Source: Leptogorgia sarmentosa
Lineage: Eukaryota
Direction: 5' to 3'
Length of the DNA: 64,000 nt
Assembly: GCA_964658305.1 (NCBI GenBank)
Contig: OZ210885.1
Span: 17,794,001-17,858,000, forward strand
Each line of letters begins with the position of its first letter. The stretch's first letter is position 1. The translations under genes were made by a program, and so were the position numbers. Below are positions 21,504 through 35,445 of this stretch, piece after piece. The notes under the pieces were generated by a model. The model had not been told where the DNA came from and made no database searches. It saw nothing but the letters and a program-made list of their open reading frames with translations.

Positions 21504-24500
21504 CCCATTACCGGGTGATTTGGGGTATTTTTACCAGAAATTTATTTATATAAATCTGGTATCATTTGAAAGCATTTTTTCTCCTCTTTCAAATAATACT
21601 AAACATGAATGGCAAAATGGAAAAGCAGTTTCACACAAAGAAGGTAATTCAGACCATTTTTGTGCAAAAAACAAAAAATTTTTTTTAGACATATTTAATC
21701 TAATATTAAAAATTAGCAACGTTTTCTCTATCTATATTGTTTAAAATGGTGCTTGAACTCCGCTAAATCTACTTTTGAATGTTTATCACATATATATTAC
21801 ACAATAATTGAAATTAACGAGTACTATGTCCATATTGTTCATGTGGGTTGTGATCTAGGGCAATGGTATGGTTTGAAACATTCAACACATAGAGGGACAT
21901 TGCATTCCTCGCACAACCATGAGGTTTCCCTTCTAATTTTCTTTCCTTTTGAATCTGTTCGTGTTGAACATAAACGGCAACAATGAGTTGGCTTCATTTT
22001 ATTGTTGGTAGGAGGTATACGAAGAGGGAAGTGATTGCCTACAACATTCCTTCGGGGTTCACTTGCAGTTGGAGGAGTTTGAACTTCTTCTTTTACAGAG
22101 GACAGACCATGGGCAATGTTCTGTATATATTTGGCAAGGGACATTTTAGAGGATGGGTTGCTCAATTTATAGTACTTATGAGCATTTACAATCCCCAGCT
22201 GAAATAGCCAAAAAAATACCTTTTTCCACCATTTCACCGATTTTCGTTTGAAAGGGTAATAGGATGCCATTTGGTCATGCTTGTCGACACCAGCTTTGCT
22301 CTTGTTGTATGACACCACTGATTTGGGCTTCAACACTTCATGATCATGATAGGCACTCTTGGCATTGGATGTATCGACCATGATATCACCATCAAGTAGT
22401 AGTGTCTTTCCACTTTGTAGCCAAAATATTACCATTGCCAATTCTGGCAATTTTCTCTCCCTTTATCAGTCGGGTTGAAGAAAACTCTTTTGGCAGGTAC
22501 TTCCTATTTGACATCACTGTCCCTACAGAGTAAAACCCATTCTCCGACAAACTCTTGAACAAGGTGGGTGATGAGTAGTGTCTGTCCATAAGAACATGAT
22601 GGTTTTTCTTTTCAAATGGTTGGAGGAGTCTGCACACCACTGCATCAACTTTATTATTGCCAAAAGCAGTGTATACCTCCATGTTGCAAACAATTCCAGT
22701 ACTGGATTCACACAAGGGCGGATGCAGCATTTAGTTTGACCGGTGCACATTAGAAGACCTTCACCAAATTAGGGGGGTCCGGGGGAATACCCCCCGGAAA
22801 ATTTTTGATATTTGAACCCCGGAAATGCCATTTCCTGCGTTCTGAGCGACAAATTCAGTCATAATATTTGGCCTTGACGAACCTATATTTTTGGCAAAAA
22901 ATGACATAAAAGCACGCAGTAACTCATGACATGTAGAATTTTTTTATGGGAAATCGCAGTAAAGTTCGTATTGTGATAAGGTTTAATTTATTAAGAGCCT
23001 TGACAAAGTGTTAAATTTACATGTAAACATGAATGCAAAGTATATATTATTTAGAAATTGTATTCACTGTGCGCTCAACTTGATCAACAAGAAATGAAAC
23101 ATCAATATACTCACGATCTGACCTAGGGAACTATTATAATTTTCACTCGCAATTGTTTACTACTGAAGGATCGACGCATCGAAAATTGAGTTACACAGGA
23201 ATATATCACGTTCCGACGTTCGATAACATGCTTCGCTTTGGATTCGCCGGGCAGACAATACTTCCTCGCACAGTTTATTAATGTCCGTTTCTCTTTCCTC
23301 AGCGAAAGGAACCGTTAGATTGAGCACACATACACACAATTTAGCCGGTCAAATCAAGTTACTCAAAGAACACTAGTACGAACGCAAAGTACGAACACTA
23401 GACTTCATTTGCATATCCTGCGTACGTCGTGCCTTCGTAACATGACGGCGGAATTCGCCTGAATAAGCGCATCCATGCATAGTTTGTCAAGCGCCAGCAA
23501 TCTGCACACAGTGCACCGGACAGCGGACCAAATCTACTGATACGTCACCTCAAAACAATGGTTTTCATGATGTCACAGTAGATTTCGCGCAGAAAAGGGA
23601 CTCGGGACGGGTGCACAAGCGATGCATCTGCAAATCTACTGTGACGTACCGATGCACTGCAAATCTACTGTGACGTACCAATGCATTTCCATCTACAGTG
23701 ACGTAGATCATGTTTCGCCAAAACGCCGTCTAAATATTTGTCTAGAACTTATCGACGATAAACTGTCGCATGACAACAAAGATACCGTTTCACAAATTTA
23801 TAGTTTGTGCGTTGCATTTCGTCAGTTTATACTGGAAACACAGATACGTTTTCGCTTTGAATTTGGTGCAAAAACTACATTTATAAGCTACATTTGCGTA
23901 AACAATTTGCGTTTAGGGAATATGTAGGAATTAAGAATATATCCCAGACAATCACAAACTCATTGCGTCCATTAGTATGGTTTCACAAATTTGACCGATG
24001 CATGTGCACCGGTTGCATCGGTCTGGATCCGCCCCTGGATTCACACACATGATCCAATACTGGGGCTATCTTGTGCAATGGATTATAACCATCCTGACCT
24101 TTAGGCACATACGTTGAGTTGTCATTGACATGAAGATACTGGAGAATCATCTGGAATCTATTTCTGCTCATTCCAACAGCACTTGGGAAGGAAGAATATA
24201 GTACTGGATCATGGGAGAAGTAATCAGAGATTGATGGTTTGGACACAAGACTCATATGCAGAACAATGGCAAAGAACTTTCTCAGCTCAGATAAAGTTAC
24301 TGTTTTCCATTTGGCTATCTCGGACTCACTCATTTGCTGCCTTGCATACTGGTTGGTCTCCATTTTTACTTTTGCAAAGAACTCTTGGCTAAACACAATA
24401 CCAAATGAATCCATCACACCACAGCCATCTGCCAATAAATCTTTGTTGACACCAGATTCAGAATCATCAAACTCTTCTACTTGAAATGCAGCTGTGCCAA

Positions 24501-25391
24501 CAGGTTTCTTTCAGATGAATTCAGGAGCCATAGCTAATCATAACAGATAATAAAGAAATATTTTGTGACAATAATAGCAACTTCTTTTAGCATGCTAACA
24601 ATAGGTAAATTACTACGATTTGATTTTGATAAACAATGTAAACAAGGAGTGTATTTGTCGCATACCTTTCCTTTTCCTTTTTCTTGAAGTAGAATTTGAC
24701 CTGCCGCCTTCTTCATCTTCAATTCTTCTATCTTCTTCATTTTCTTCAAGAGGACAAAGTAAAATATGCAATGAGAATGTAAAATAGTGCACAATTTGTT
24801 TTGTAATCTTATGTTATTCTTACCATCATTAGTGACATTCGTTACAGGCAATTCATTATCACTACCATCAGCTTCATGATCCACATCTTGGATATTTTCA
24901 TCAGAACTTGCCTGCAGCTCTTCTTCACTTGGATTTTTATAATCTGAAAATACAGCGAAAGAGTACATAATTCCTTTCAATGTAAAGCAGTGTTCTATCG
25001 TCGAGAATACACTTTCTATTTACGCTCAACAATTGGTTATATAAATCAGCAAATAATCATGTGAAGTGAAAGATTGCATGCAATCATGTAATTGAATTAA
25101 ATTGTAATTGATACAAACAGGCCACACACAAAGGACAGATTTTTATAAAAAAAATAATCGCAATAATAGCTTATTTCGTAGTAATACTCGTATAGGTATA
25201 AAATTTAACCTACCACTGTCATCATCGTCCGCTTGTTTCAACCCCCCATTTCAACGTTTTTGCTAGACCAATAGCTTCATCGAAAGCTTATAATATGAAG
25301 ATTTTATTGGTCGAAATAAATATGTTCACCCAATAGGGAGGCAGAAATTCAACCACGTGTTAAAAAACGAGTATACTCGTTGCTGGCAAAA
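21504..25391 (-). mobile_element. piggyBac-like DNA transposon, internally deleted, right end not recovered
   Basis: Starts GTAA|CCCATTACCGG. Transposase pieces MSRNRF..YLH, MDRHYSS, YNKSKAGVDKHDQ, KWWKKVFF and C-terminal Cys-rich domain (CRLC..CEECNVPLCVECF..YH). First catalytic Asp region deleted (VLDHV|CES). Palindrome AACGAGTATACTCGTT near 25370. Confidence 0.85.
22713..24037. mobile_element. Non-autonomous hAT element (1325 bp) inside piggyBac
   Basis: 8-bp TSD GATTCACA at 22705-22712 and 24038-24045. TIRs CAAGGGCGGATGCAG / CAGGGGCGGATCCAG. Internal ~29-bp tandem repeat near 23630-23700. Confidence 0.9.
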
Positions 25392-28300
25392 TGTCTTCCA
25401 CGTGCAGTGGTTATTTTTTTTGTATGTGGCTAGTAAAAGTGGCCAAATACGAGGTAAAAAGGTGTAATGCTTAAATATTTTTGCTTGTCCGGATTCTGTA
25501 ATTATTATCCATTTCTTGTATTATTTAGAACCGTAGTCACATACTTGGTTGGGATAGGAATATTGTAAATTATCGTTGATATTATACTACAAGTGATATT
25601 CATTTGCGTGTGTGTGTACTGCGAAGTATCTCGGTTGGTCAACCATAAGCTGGGTCCGTTTAAAGCTTATATAGTTTGTATCCGTTGTATTTTACATATT
25701 CGATAAATTGTGGATAAATTGACCAACAGCAAAGTTATGACTAAAAAAGGAAAGGGTCGGGGCAAGAAATCAACCGTTTCGAAGAACATACAGTCACCGT
25801 CGAGCCAACAGCCAAGTCTCATGTCACAGACAAATCAAGAGGAAGAACAACTAAACGTGACAGGCGTTCAGAACAGCAGAATTCGGCTGTGACAGTAACA
25901 GATAACGACAGCGAACAGTTCGGAAGTGTGACAGATGTCGCTCAATCGCAAAATCCCACTTTAGGCGCCTCTGGCGAGGCCACGACGAGCTCTGATTCAG
26001 CAGGACTTAGATCAAACCAAGAACAACGACAGCTTGAGGTGGGTTTAAGCCAAATCGCTTCTGTTTCCAAAGATAATCCTGTTTTATCTCCGTTGGCAGC
26101 TGTGTTTGAATCAAATTTAAATAAAATACGTGACAAAAACACGAAAGGAACACAACCAAACGTGGACGCCACGCAGAGCAATGTCGCGCATGGGGGTCCT
26201 TGCGAGGAGAACACACATAAATACAGCTCGCAGCGATTACGCACGAGAAAATCCGACTTGCACGATAAATTACGAGGAGAATGGGGCTTCGATTCAATGT
26301 GGGACAAAAGATGGCGCGAATTGGAAGAAGCAGAAAATGTGCACAGAGAAGCTCTAGAAAAACAGATGCAAGATGCAAGGCTTAAGTTAGGTCGCGCTAG
26401 AGTAGAACACGAGATTGTGATCAAAAGGTGGGAAATCGAGCGACAGCAAGCTGAATTGCAAGAGTTGGAAAGCCTTTACAAGCACGACGCAGAGACCCAA
26501 CGTAGGGCCCCAGGCGGTAGAAATGAGGACGTTTACAACGGACCTAATTATATCAACCAACCCCTTCGAAATACAATAACCGGTACTTCAACACCAGTTC
26601 AAGATAAAGACCAGCTACAGTGCCTATTAGAAAGACAACAAAGTACGATGGATGAAGTTGTAAGAGGTTTACGAATGCTCAAAAGGGACTACACGAGCTT
26701 TTACGGTGAACCTCGTGACTTTCCCTTATTTATGAAAAATTTCGAAGTAAACGTAGAAAGCAAGGAAAGCAACGATGCAGACCGACTCAGTTAACTGATC
26801 CAGTACTGTAAGGGAACAGCAAGGCAAGCAATAGAACATTGCGTGATAATGGAGCCTGAAGAAGGATACAAGCGTGCGAAAGAAATATTGCAAAAAAACT
26901 TTGGCCGAAATCACATGGTAACACAAGCCTTCTTGGACAAGGTCATCGGTGGGCCGCCCATCAAAGTGAATGAAAGCGAAAAGTTGTCTCAGCTGGCGTG
27001 GGACATGGAGACATGCCTCCTTGGTTCAACTCATTTGGGTAACAGAGCAAACATCAATTCACTCGATACCCTCGGAAAGGTAGTCAGTTGTCTCCCAATC
27101 CATCTTAGATTGAAGTGGGCTGAGAGAGCGAGTCAATTGTACGATAATCACGTAACACCCAACTTTACCCACTTGACAGAATTCGTTCAGTCCCGGACTG
27201 CGGTAGCTAACACCTATTTCGGACAGATCATTACCTCAAAATCAGAGATACGTAAGGATGGAGTGGATAAGGGGAAAAGAAGACCACCTTTCTACAGTGG
27301 AAATAATACAACCCTGGCAACCCATGGTCAAAATGTAGCAGAAACCGAGCCGAGAGTAAGGAATTTGTCCTGCGTTCTGTGCAAAGGCATGCATCACCTT
27401 GAGCGTTGTCACAAATTCAGAGCTCAGGACCTTCTGCAGCGGCGAGAATTGGTAAAAGGCAAGAAAGTTTGTCATGCCTGTCTCAGTCCTGGGCACTTTG
27501 TAAAGGATTGTAGAGGAGCTCATATGTGCGGGGTGGAAGGTTGTCAAAGAAGACACCATCCTCTGCTGCATTCATCCACAGTGGAGACGAACAGGGAAGA
27601 CAAAGCGCCGACAACCGTTACGGGATCAGGGTCGACGCCTGATAGCGGTACACAATCCAACTGACTCCCTACTTCTGGAGTTGGGGTGACGAGTTCATCA
27701 TCCCGAAATTGTTGAGTCGGTCTTCAAGTCGTGCCAGTCAAGGTCAGTGCTCCATATGGCAACCGCGTAATAGAGACGTATGCATTTTTGGATAGTGGGT
27801 CGAACACTACCATGTGCTTATCCAACTTGGCTAAAGATGTTGGTGCAGATTGTACGCCTGTCGAGTTTACACTGTCAACCGTATCCGGCAACCAGAAGCG
27901 AAAGGCCCAACAATTGTCGCTTGACGTTGTAGGAGTCACCACTGGCAAGGGTGTTAAATTAAATAAGGTTTGGACGACAGACAGTCTCCCAGCTGCCCCA
28001 GAGGTCACGGACGTACGACAATGGTCTCATCTCAGGGACATTGAACTAACTGACCTGGTTAATAAAGAAGTTACCATTCTTATTGGGAGTGATGTACCCT
28101 AAGCCCTCTGTCCACTTGAAGTGTGTTCCGGGAAAAGGAATCAACCCCATGCCATTAGAATGATCTTAGGTTGGACCGTCGTGGCCCCCTGAAAGGAACA
28201 GGTCATCCAGAAGCACAGATGAATCTAATCCAAGTAGACCAGGCACTCGGCTGCACGGAAGATGTGAAGGGTTTGAGTTCCATACACCAGCAGCTACAAA

Positions 28301-28721
28301 GTAGATACAACTCAGAATTCAACGAGTCCACCGCGGATCTCAGGGAATGTCTCTCAATTGAAGAGCGAAAGCAATGATGGACAGTCCTGTAAGACTCAAA
28401 GGTGATCATTACGAGATTGGGCTCCCGTGGAACTATGACAAACCATCCCTGCCAAACAATAGAACCATGGCAGAAGAAAAGGGTACCTGAAGAAAAGGCT
28501 CGAAAGAGATCCTAATCTTCACTCGAAGTATAAAGCAACTATGCAGGATTACATTGCAAAGGGACACGCTAAGAGACTTCGACCAAGCGACCCAGAGAAT
28601 CCTGAGGTGCCATTACCTGGAAAACCAACCTGGTACTTACCACACTACCTTGTAACCCACCCGCAGAAACTGGAAAAGGTTAGGATCGTCTTCGACTGTG
28701 CCGCCAAGTTCCACAACATAT

Positions 28722-31700
28722 TAGTGGAGCAGATAACAGAAAAAATATTCATTTTGTGATACAAGTATGATATTTGGTAAACAAGATCCCATATGGTAGT
28801 AATAGAAGTTTCATCGATTAGCCATGTGAAATTCCATCCCTAACTGGAGAAAAAGGTTCTTGAAAATTTCAAAATGGAAGGCATTTTAAAAATGGCCGTC
28901 ATTTTTGACATAATTTTGAATATGAGATCTTTTTCGGCCTGTTGTCATGAATTTCAATGTTAAATAGTGAAAACGTCAAATTTCTATTTATTATGACCAA
29001 TCGTTGCAAATAATTGTTAGCATTTGTTATTAATTTGGAGTGTTATTAAGAAACCAAAACTGATGCTTGGGTGCCCTGTGCTTCCAATATGGCTGACCTG
29101 GTAAAGATGGAATAATGAACCTTCCTGGTTATTTTCTTACTTTTGTGAACATTTTCTTGGTATGTACACTGTAATGAACATTTTGCAATTCATTTTACCA
29201 TGGCGATAGGTAAAATTAACGAACAAAATATCGAATATTAAAGTATATAAATAGTGAAATATGTCATTGTTTTATTGCGTTGTGTATTAGATTAATACAG
29301 TTATTATGGACAGTAAATGGAGCACGGACTGGAGCAAGTGTTGGTTATGTCAACAATACAAAAAAGAAGATCTTAAATCACCAGTCACTAATCCATCTAA
29401 AAGAGATACTGATGGTTATACTAATATCGCCACAAATATCCCTTTGTTTGTTGCCATCAAAGCACTGCCGATCTCCCTTGATCCAGCTCGCTTGGATGAA
29501 GGTGGTGGCATTGAGGATACGTTAAGAAGGAAAAGTGCCAAATATCACCAATCATGTCGCCTTCTTTTCAACAACACAAAGCTTCAAAGAGCAGAAAAAT
29601 GAGCTGCTGCTACTTCTGCTGCAGATCAGGGAGAATCAGGGTCATACCATGAATCAAGGTCTAAAAGGTCTAGAGCAGCTACCATGGGTATATCGCAATG
29701 TTTTTTATGTGACTCAAATGCACCAGAGTGCACGCTGAGGCAGGCAATGACAATGCAACTCAATGAAAGATTAAATCAGTGTGCAAAGAGGCTAAATGAT
29801 GGGAAACTTCTTGCTATACTCAGTGCTGGCAATATTGTTTCTCAAGAGTTGAAGTACCACCCCGCCTGCCTGGTTGCATTGTATAACAGAGAGCGTGCTC
29901 ATCTCGTTGCTCAGGAGTGCGCAACAAGTTCAGAAAAGCAGGCAGAGAGACAGAGTCAAGCCATTGCATTTTCTGAACTTGTGACATTTATAATGGAGTC
30001 ATGTAATTCTACGGCAGATCCGCAAACATTCAGGCTTGCTGATTTAGTTGCCCTCTGTAAATCTAGAGTTGAACAACTCGGCGTCGAAGTAGAAGTAGTG
30101 AATTCTACCAGGTTAAAGGAGCAGTTGTTGACGCATTTGCCTGAACTAGAAGCATATCATCAGGGTCGACACGTGTTGCTGGCCCTCCGAAGTGACATTA
30201 GTACGTTCATGCGAGAAGCAAACAAAACATCCGATGCCATTCATCTTGCAAAATCCGCTGCCATTCATCTTGCAAAATCCGCTGCCATTATATGCAATGA
30301 AATGTTATCCCACAAATGTACATTTGAGAATGTGATCAATCGTAGTCCTGTTGAGGAATCTATTCCACCATCCCTACTAGAATTCGTTTCCATGATTGAG
30401 CATGGGGCCGATATCAAGTCTCAGTTAAATCATGGTGCATCTAAGTCCGACCTAGCTATAGCGCAACTCCTGCAATTCAATTGCTTTTCCAAATACAAAG
30501 AAGATGCCACTACTCACAGACACTCGAAAGATCGCGAAACTCCGTTTGCTGTTTATGTTGGGTTGTCCATCTTTGCGAAAACTAGGAAAAGGCAACTTAT
30601 CGACACTCTGTATGACAATGGGCTAAGCATTTCTTATGACAGAGTCTTAGAAATATCTTCTAAACTTGGAGAGGCCGTGGTAAACCAATATGTTGAAGAC
30701 GGTGTGGTTTGCCCACCAACATCAAGGAAAGGCCGGTTCACTACATCTGCAATGGACAACATCGACCACAATCCTGCAGCTACAACGGCGCAGACATCAT
30801 TCCACGGAACCAGTATTTCCATATTTCAGCATCCCAGTTCTGACAACAACGGGGAAACACATGCACCACTACGAATTATTGGAGGAAAATTACGGAGAGT
30901 TCCCGAGCTCCCAGAAGCGTTAACAAATATTAAACCAGCAAATCTTAAAGAAAATCCTGCACCACCATTTACGAAGGATGTTATCTTACCAAGTGTTCAC
31001 TCCATAACAACACATCTGAAGCAAGAATATGCGTGGCTCAAGAAGGTACATGTTACAGAGGAAGTTGGTGAAACAATCAACATTACATGGTTAGCACATC
31101 ATGCTTCTCAGGCCAGAGCTCGTCCGTTCCATGTCAGCATCTCCTCTCTGCTCCCCCTCCTGAGAGACGAAGCTCATTCTGTAGCCACCATTAAGCATGT
31201 CATGGGCAAAATCCGTGACACAGTAGAATTTCTGAACCCAGGACAAATTCCTGTCGTGGCTGCCAATCAACCATTGTATGCACTGGCTAAGCAAATACAG
31301 TGGTGTTGGCCCGAATTTGGAGAAGATAAGTTTGTCATTATGTTTGGAGGTCTCCACATCGAAATGGCAGCATTACGATCAGTAGGGACGATGATTCAAG
31401 ATAGTGGTTGGACAAGCGCTCTTGCTGAAGCGGATGTTGCATCGCCTGGCACTGCACAGTCCTTCTTGTCAGCTTCCAGTGTCACTAGGACAAGGCAAGT
31501 GCATCAAGTTACAGCGTCCTCGTTGCACAGATTAAAGAAGGAAGCATATAACCATTACCTAGAGGATGCAAACGAGACCCCAAACATTCTTGACTTCGAA
31601 AGTTGGTGCACAAAGCGAAAGAGTAAAAGCCTACAATTCTTATATTGGGATCTCGTGCTGTCTATGGAATTAACCATCCTAATGTTGGTTCGTTCGTTCA

Positions 31701-34339
31701 GGGAAGGTGATTTTGGACTATATCGTGAAGCGTTGGCACAATTGTTACCTTACTTTTTTGCTAACAATAACGTCAATTACGCTCGCTGGCTCACAATCCA
31801 CTTGCGTGATATGATGTGCATTCACCAAAACCATCCTGATGTGGCAAAGGAGTTCGAACGTGGAAACTTTGTTGTGCACAAATCTGAAAGATCATTTTCT
31901 GGCATTGCTATTGATCAAGCACACGAGCAAAATAATGCAGTGATAAAAGGTATATTTATCATCATGTTACGTATTTCATTTCACATTATTGTTCTTATAA
32001 TATTTTCATGCAAATTCATATTTTCTTGTGTTTGAGGTGACGGAGGTGCGATTGGCCTAACCGAGGACGAGGCAGCGCTTAGGCGATGGATGGTTGCCGG
32101 ACCGGAAATCGCCCGTTTGGTTTCAGGCTACGAGGTGGTGTCAAAAAAGAAAGACAAACGGCCAAACACTAAGCATCACAATGAAGCAACTACTAGTCAA
32201 AAAGCTTTTCTCGAAAACGTCCGCAAGCTTTGCAGTACACTTGCAGAAATGGGGAATCCGTTTGAAGAGGAGTCTTCCGACCTTTTGTCTTTGGATACAA
32301 AGGACATTGCAGATCCAGGAAAAGCTCAGTTGGTACCAATGCATTATGCACAAGGAAAGGAGCAGTTTACTTCATTCATGAAATGTTTAGAAAATGAAGA
32401 TCGTTCGAGTTTCTATGACCCAATAAAAAAGAACAAGCTTTTATTTTTCAGCCATAAGCAAGAACCAGCTAAATCGAAAGAGAAAATGATCAAGGAGGAC
32501 TGTGGACTCTTTTCCCGTCTTTTTATCTCATGTCAGAACAGAGAGTGCGACCTTCAGGAATTTTTTGAATACGAGAACCAGTCTTTTCCTGCATCACTGA
32601 GCGACAGTGGAAAACTCCATTCCTGTTAGAAATCGCAGTTGGTCGACATCCTGAAAAATAAAGTTACGATGCCAGAAGAAGAACCAAACGTGGAATGCCT
32701 TATCGTAGATGGCTCAGCAATGGTGTGAATGGTTCCGCTCCTGCAAGATCGAAAACCTTCGATGAATATGTCACTGAAAAAATAATATCCAAAGTTAAGT
32801 TTTACTCTTCTAAATACAAAAGGACAGACATCGTTTTTGACGTCTACCGACAACCAAGCTTAAAAGCTGAAACAAGATCCAAGAGGGGCAACAGCGTAAG
32901 GAGGAGAGTATCTGCAAACAACAAAATTCCGTCCAATTGGCGAAGTTTTCTTCGAGATGGTGACAACAAGACCGAGCTTTTCAACTTTATCGCCGACAAG
33001 ATATCCCGCACCACAACAACAAACGTCGTTGTTGTCACCAAGGGAGAAAACGCTCTTACAAACCAACCGATGTCTCTTGATGATCTTTCCCCTTGCAACC
33101 ACGAAGAAGCAGACAGCCGAATTTTTGTACATGCACGAGATGTGGTAAAAAAAGGAAGTACTTCTATCATGATTAAAGCAAATGACACTGACGTGGTTGT
33201 AATTGCTGTTTCTGTCATGCTACTTTTAATGGAATCAGGGCTGGAGCAGCTGTAAATTGCATTTGGTCAAGGCGTCAATAGTCCATCAGCTTGTGGGTGC
33301 CATTGGTCCTTTGAAGGCCAGTGGGATGCCGTTTTTTCATGCGTTTACTGGCTGCGATGTTGTTTCTGCGTTTCGTGGCAAAGGCAAGAAATCCGCTTGG
33401 CAGACCTGGGAGGTGCATGACGAAGTCACTAAAACGTTTACTAAACTGAGCCAGAATCCTGCATCTCTCGATGATAAAGATCTCAACACTCTCGAGAAGT
33501 TTGTTGTGATAATGTATGACCGATCAAGTACATTGACTACCGTGAACGAAGCAAGACTGGATCTATTTGCACGGAAACAGAGACCGTACATGGCTATTCC
33601 ACCCACACAAGCGGCTCTCAAAGAACATTCCAAGCGCGCTGCTTACGAAGGAGGCATTATCTGGGGCCAAGCAATGGATCCACAACCTGAAGTATCTAAC
33701 CCTGAGGAGTGGGGATGGACCAAGCATGACGACGAATGGCAAGTCCATTGGACCGACCTTGGACCAGTGTCCAAGAGCTGCCGAGAGTTGACAAGATGTG
33801 GATGCAAGAAAGGGTGTAACAACAGATGCAAGTGTTTTCGATGCGGTCTCCCATGTACAGCACTGTGCAGCTGCACATGTTAATTTTTATATATGTCACG
33901 GTTTAGATTGTAAATAACACAACATTAGTATACAACATGGTTGATTTTACTTTAAGGTTATTTTACGCACAAAACTTTGCATTAAACTAAAACTTTAGAA
34001 TGACGCCAAAGAAAGTTCTTTGCCCGTAGTAATCATATGTAACTTTTAAAAAAATCACAATTTTTCTGGTAAATTGTTTACTTTATGTATTAACACATGT
34101 TAACATATGTTGGGAGAAAATCTCTCAAAAAACAATGTTAACTTCAAGCAGAATAATAAAATATTATGTCAGCCATTTCGAATTGTGACGTCATCAAAAA
34201 ATGACGTAAAAAGTGAAAAATTCAAGTGGCTAATCGATTGCATGTGAAGCATACAGTAACAACTATGACTGTACAAAATTTCATGCTTGCATCACAAAAT
34301 GAATAATTCGAGCAAAATTTGACGTTATCTGCTCCACTA
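28722..34339 (+). mobile_element. Full-length Academ (AcademX) DNA transposon, 5618 bp
   Basis: 3-bp TSD TAT at 28719-28721 and 34340-34342. Perfect 16-bp TIR TAGTGGAGCAGATAAC plus imperfect subterminal inverted similarity. Removal restores the BEL RT frame. Confidence 0.93.
29306..33883 (+). pseudogene. Academ transposase-XPG-Cys8 protein
   Basis: AMDNIDH, GGLHIEM, NYARW, AIDQAHEQ, HEEADSR, HAFTGCD and terminal CGCKKGC..CKC..C..C.C. Intron 31950-32036. Stops or frameshifts near 29600, 32627, 32725 and 33253. 24-bp duplication (AIHLAKSA x2) near 30236. Confidence 0.9.
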
Positions 34340-35334
34340 TATCCCTCAATGACCAATTATTGCAAGGACCGGATTTCACAAATTCGTTGGTGGGTGTCCT
34401 CATGCGTTTCCGACAGGAGCGAGTAGCGGTCACAGCTGACATAGAAAAGATGTTTCATCAAGTCAACGTGAAGCCAGAAGACTGCAACGCGTTGAAGTTT
34501 TTGTGGTGGCCGGAGGGTGACCTATCGAAGCAACCGGTCGAATATCAAATGACAGTCCACCTGTTTGGTGCGACATCCTCACCAAGTTGTTGTTCGTATG
34601 CATTGAAGAAAACTTCCGAAGATAACAAAGAATTTAGCAAAGAAGTCATCGAAACAGTTAATCAAAACTTTTACGTAGACGATTGCTTAAAATCGCTGCC
34701 GACGAAAGAGGATGCTATCGGTTTAGTCAAGGAGCTCCCAGTGTTGTTATCACGTGGCGGTTTTTGTCTCACGAAGTGGTTATCGAATGAGAGAGAGGTT
34801 TTATCCAGCGTACCAGACAACGAAAGAGCACCATGTGTGAGTCTACACTTAGAACACTTACCAAAGGACAGTGCCCTAGGAGTTCAGTGGAATACGGAGA
34901 CGGACAGTCTGGGATTCCGCAGAGGAAGCTTGAAGGCAAATACTAGGAGAGGAATTCTTTCCTTTGTTGCATCGATATATGATCCACTAGGCCTAGTTGT
35001 CCTGTGGTTTTTGCCAGCGAAGCGTGTACTGCAGGAACTTTGTCACCAGAGTAGTGGATGGGACGAAGAGATTCCAGAGGAAGTCACTGCAGCGATGCCT
35101 CCATTGAAGATGCTGACCACTTCAGCAATGCCTCCATTGAAGGATATGGTACAGCATCTTATCTTCACTACGAGGATGTTGATGGGAATGTCCACTGCAG
35201 CTGAGTTATGGGCAAATCCCGAGTAACACCCTTAAGACTGTCATGATACCACGACTAGAATTGACCGCCGCGACCTTGGCTGTAAAGGTGGATAAACAAA
35301 TTCGTGACGAGCTAGACCTCCCAATTCATCGTGT

Positions 35335-35445
35335 TGTTAATCTTGCTTTATTAAAGGTGTAACCAAGTGACTAACTACATAATAATAACCTACTCTATTT
35401 ATACTACAAAGATAATTAGCATATATGTTAATGTCCCTATCAACA
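35335..35445 (-). repeat. Gypsy 3' LTR
   Basis: TG..CA ends, 1 mismatch to 41147-41257, adjacent PPT (plus strand CCTTTCCCC). Confidence 0.95.

Noticed and set aside
25546..25562. PBS for BEL #2 (TGGTTGGGATAGG)
   Set aside because: I cannot match it to a tRNA 3' end, and no second LTR is available for confirmation.
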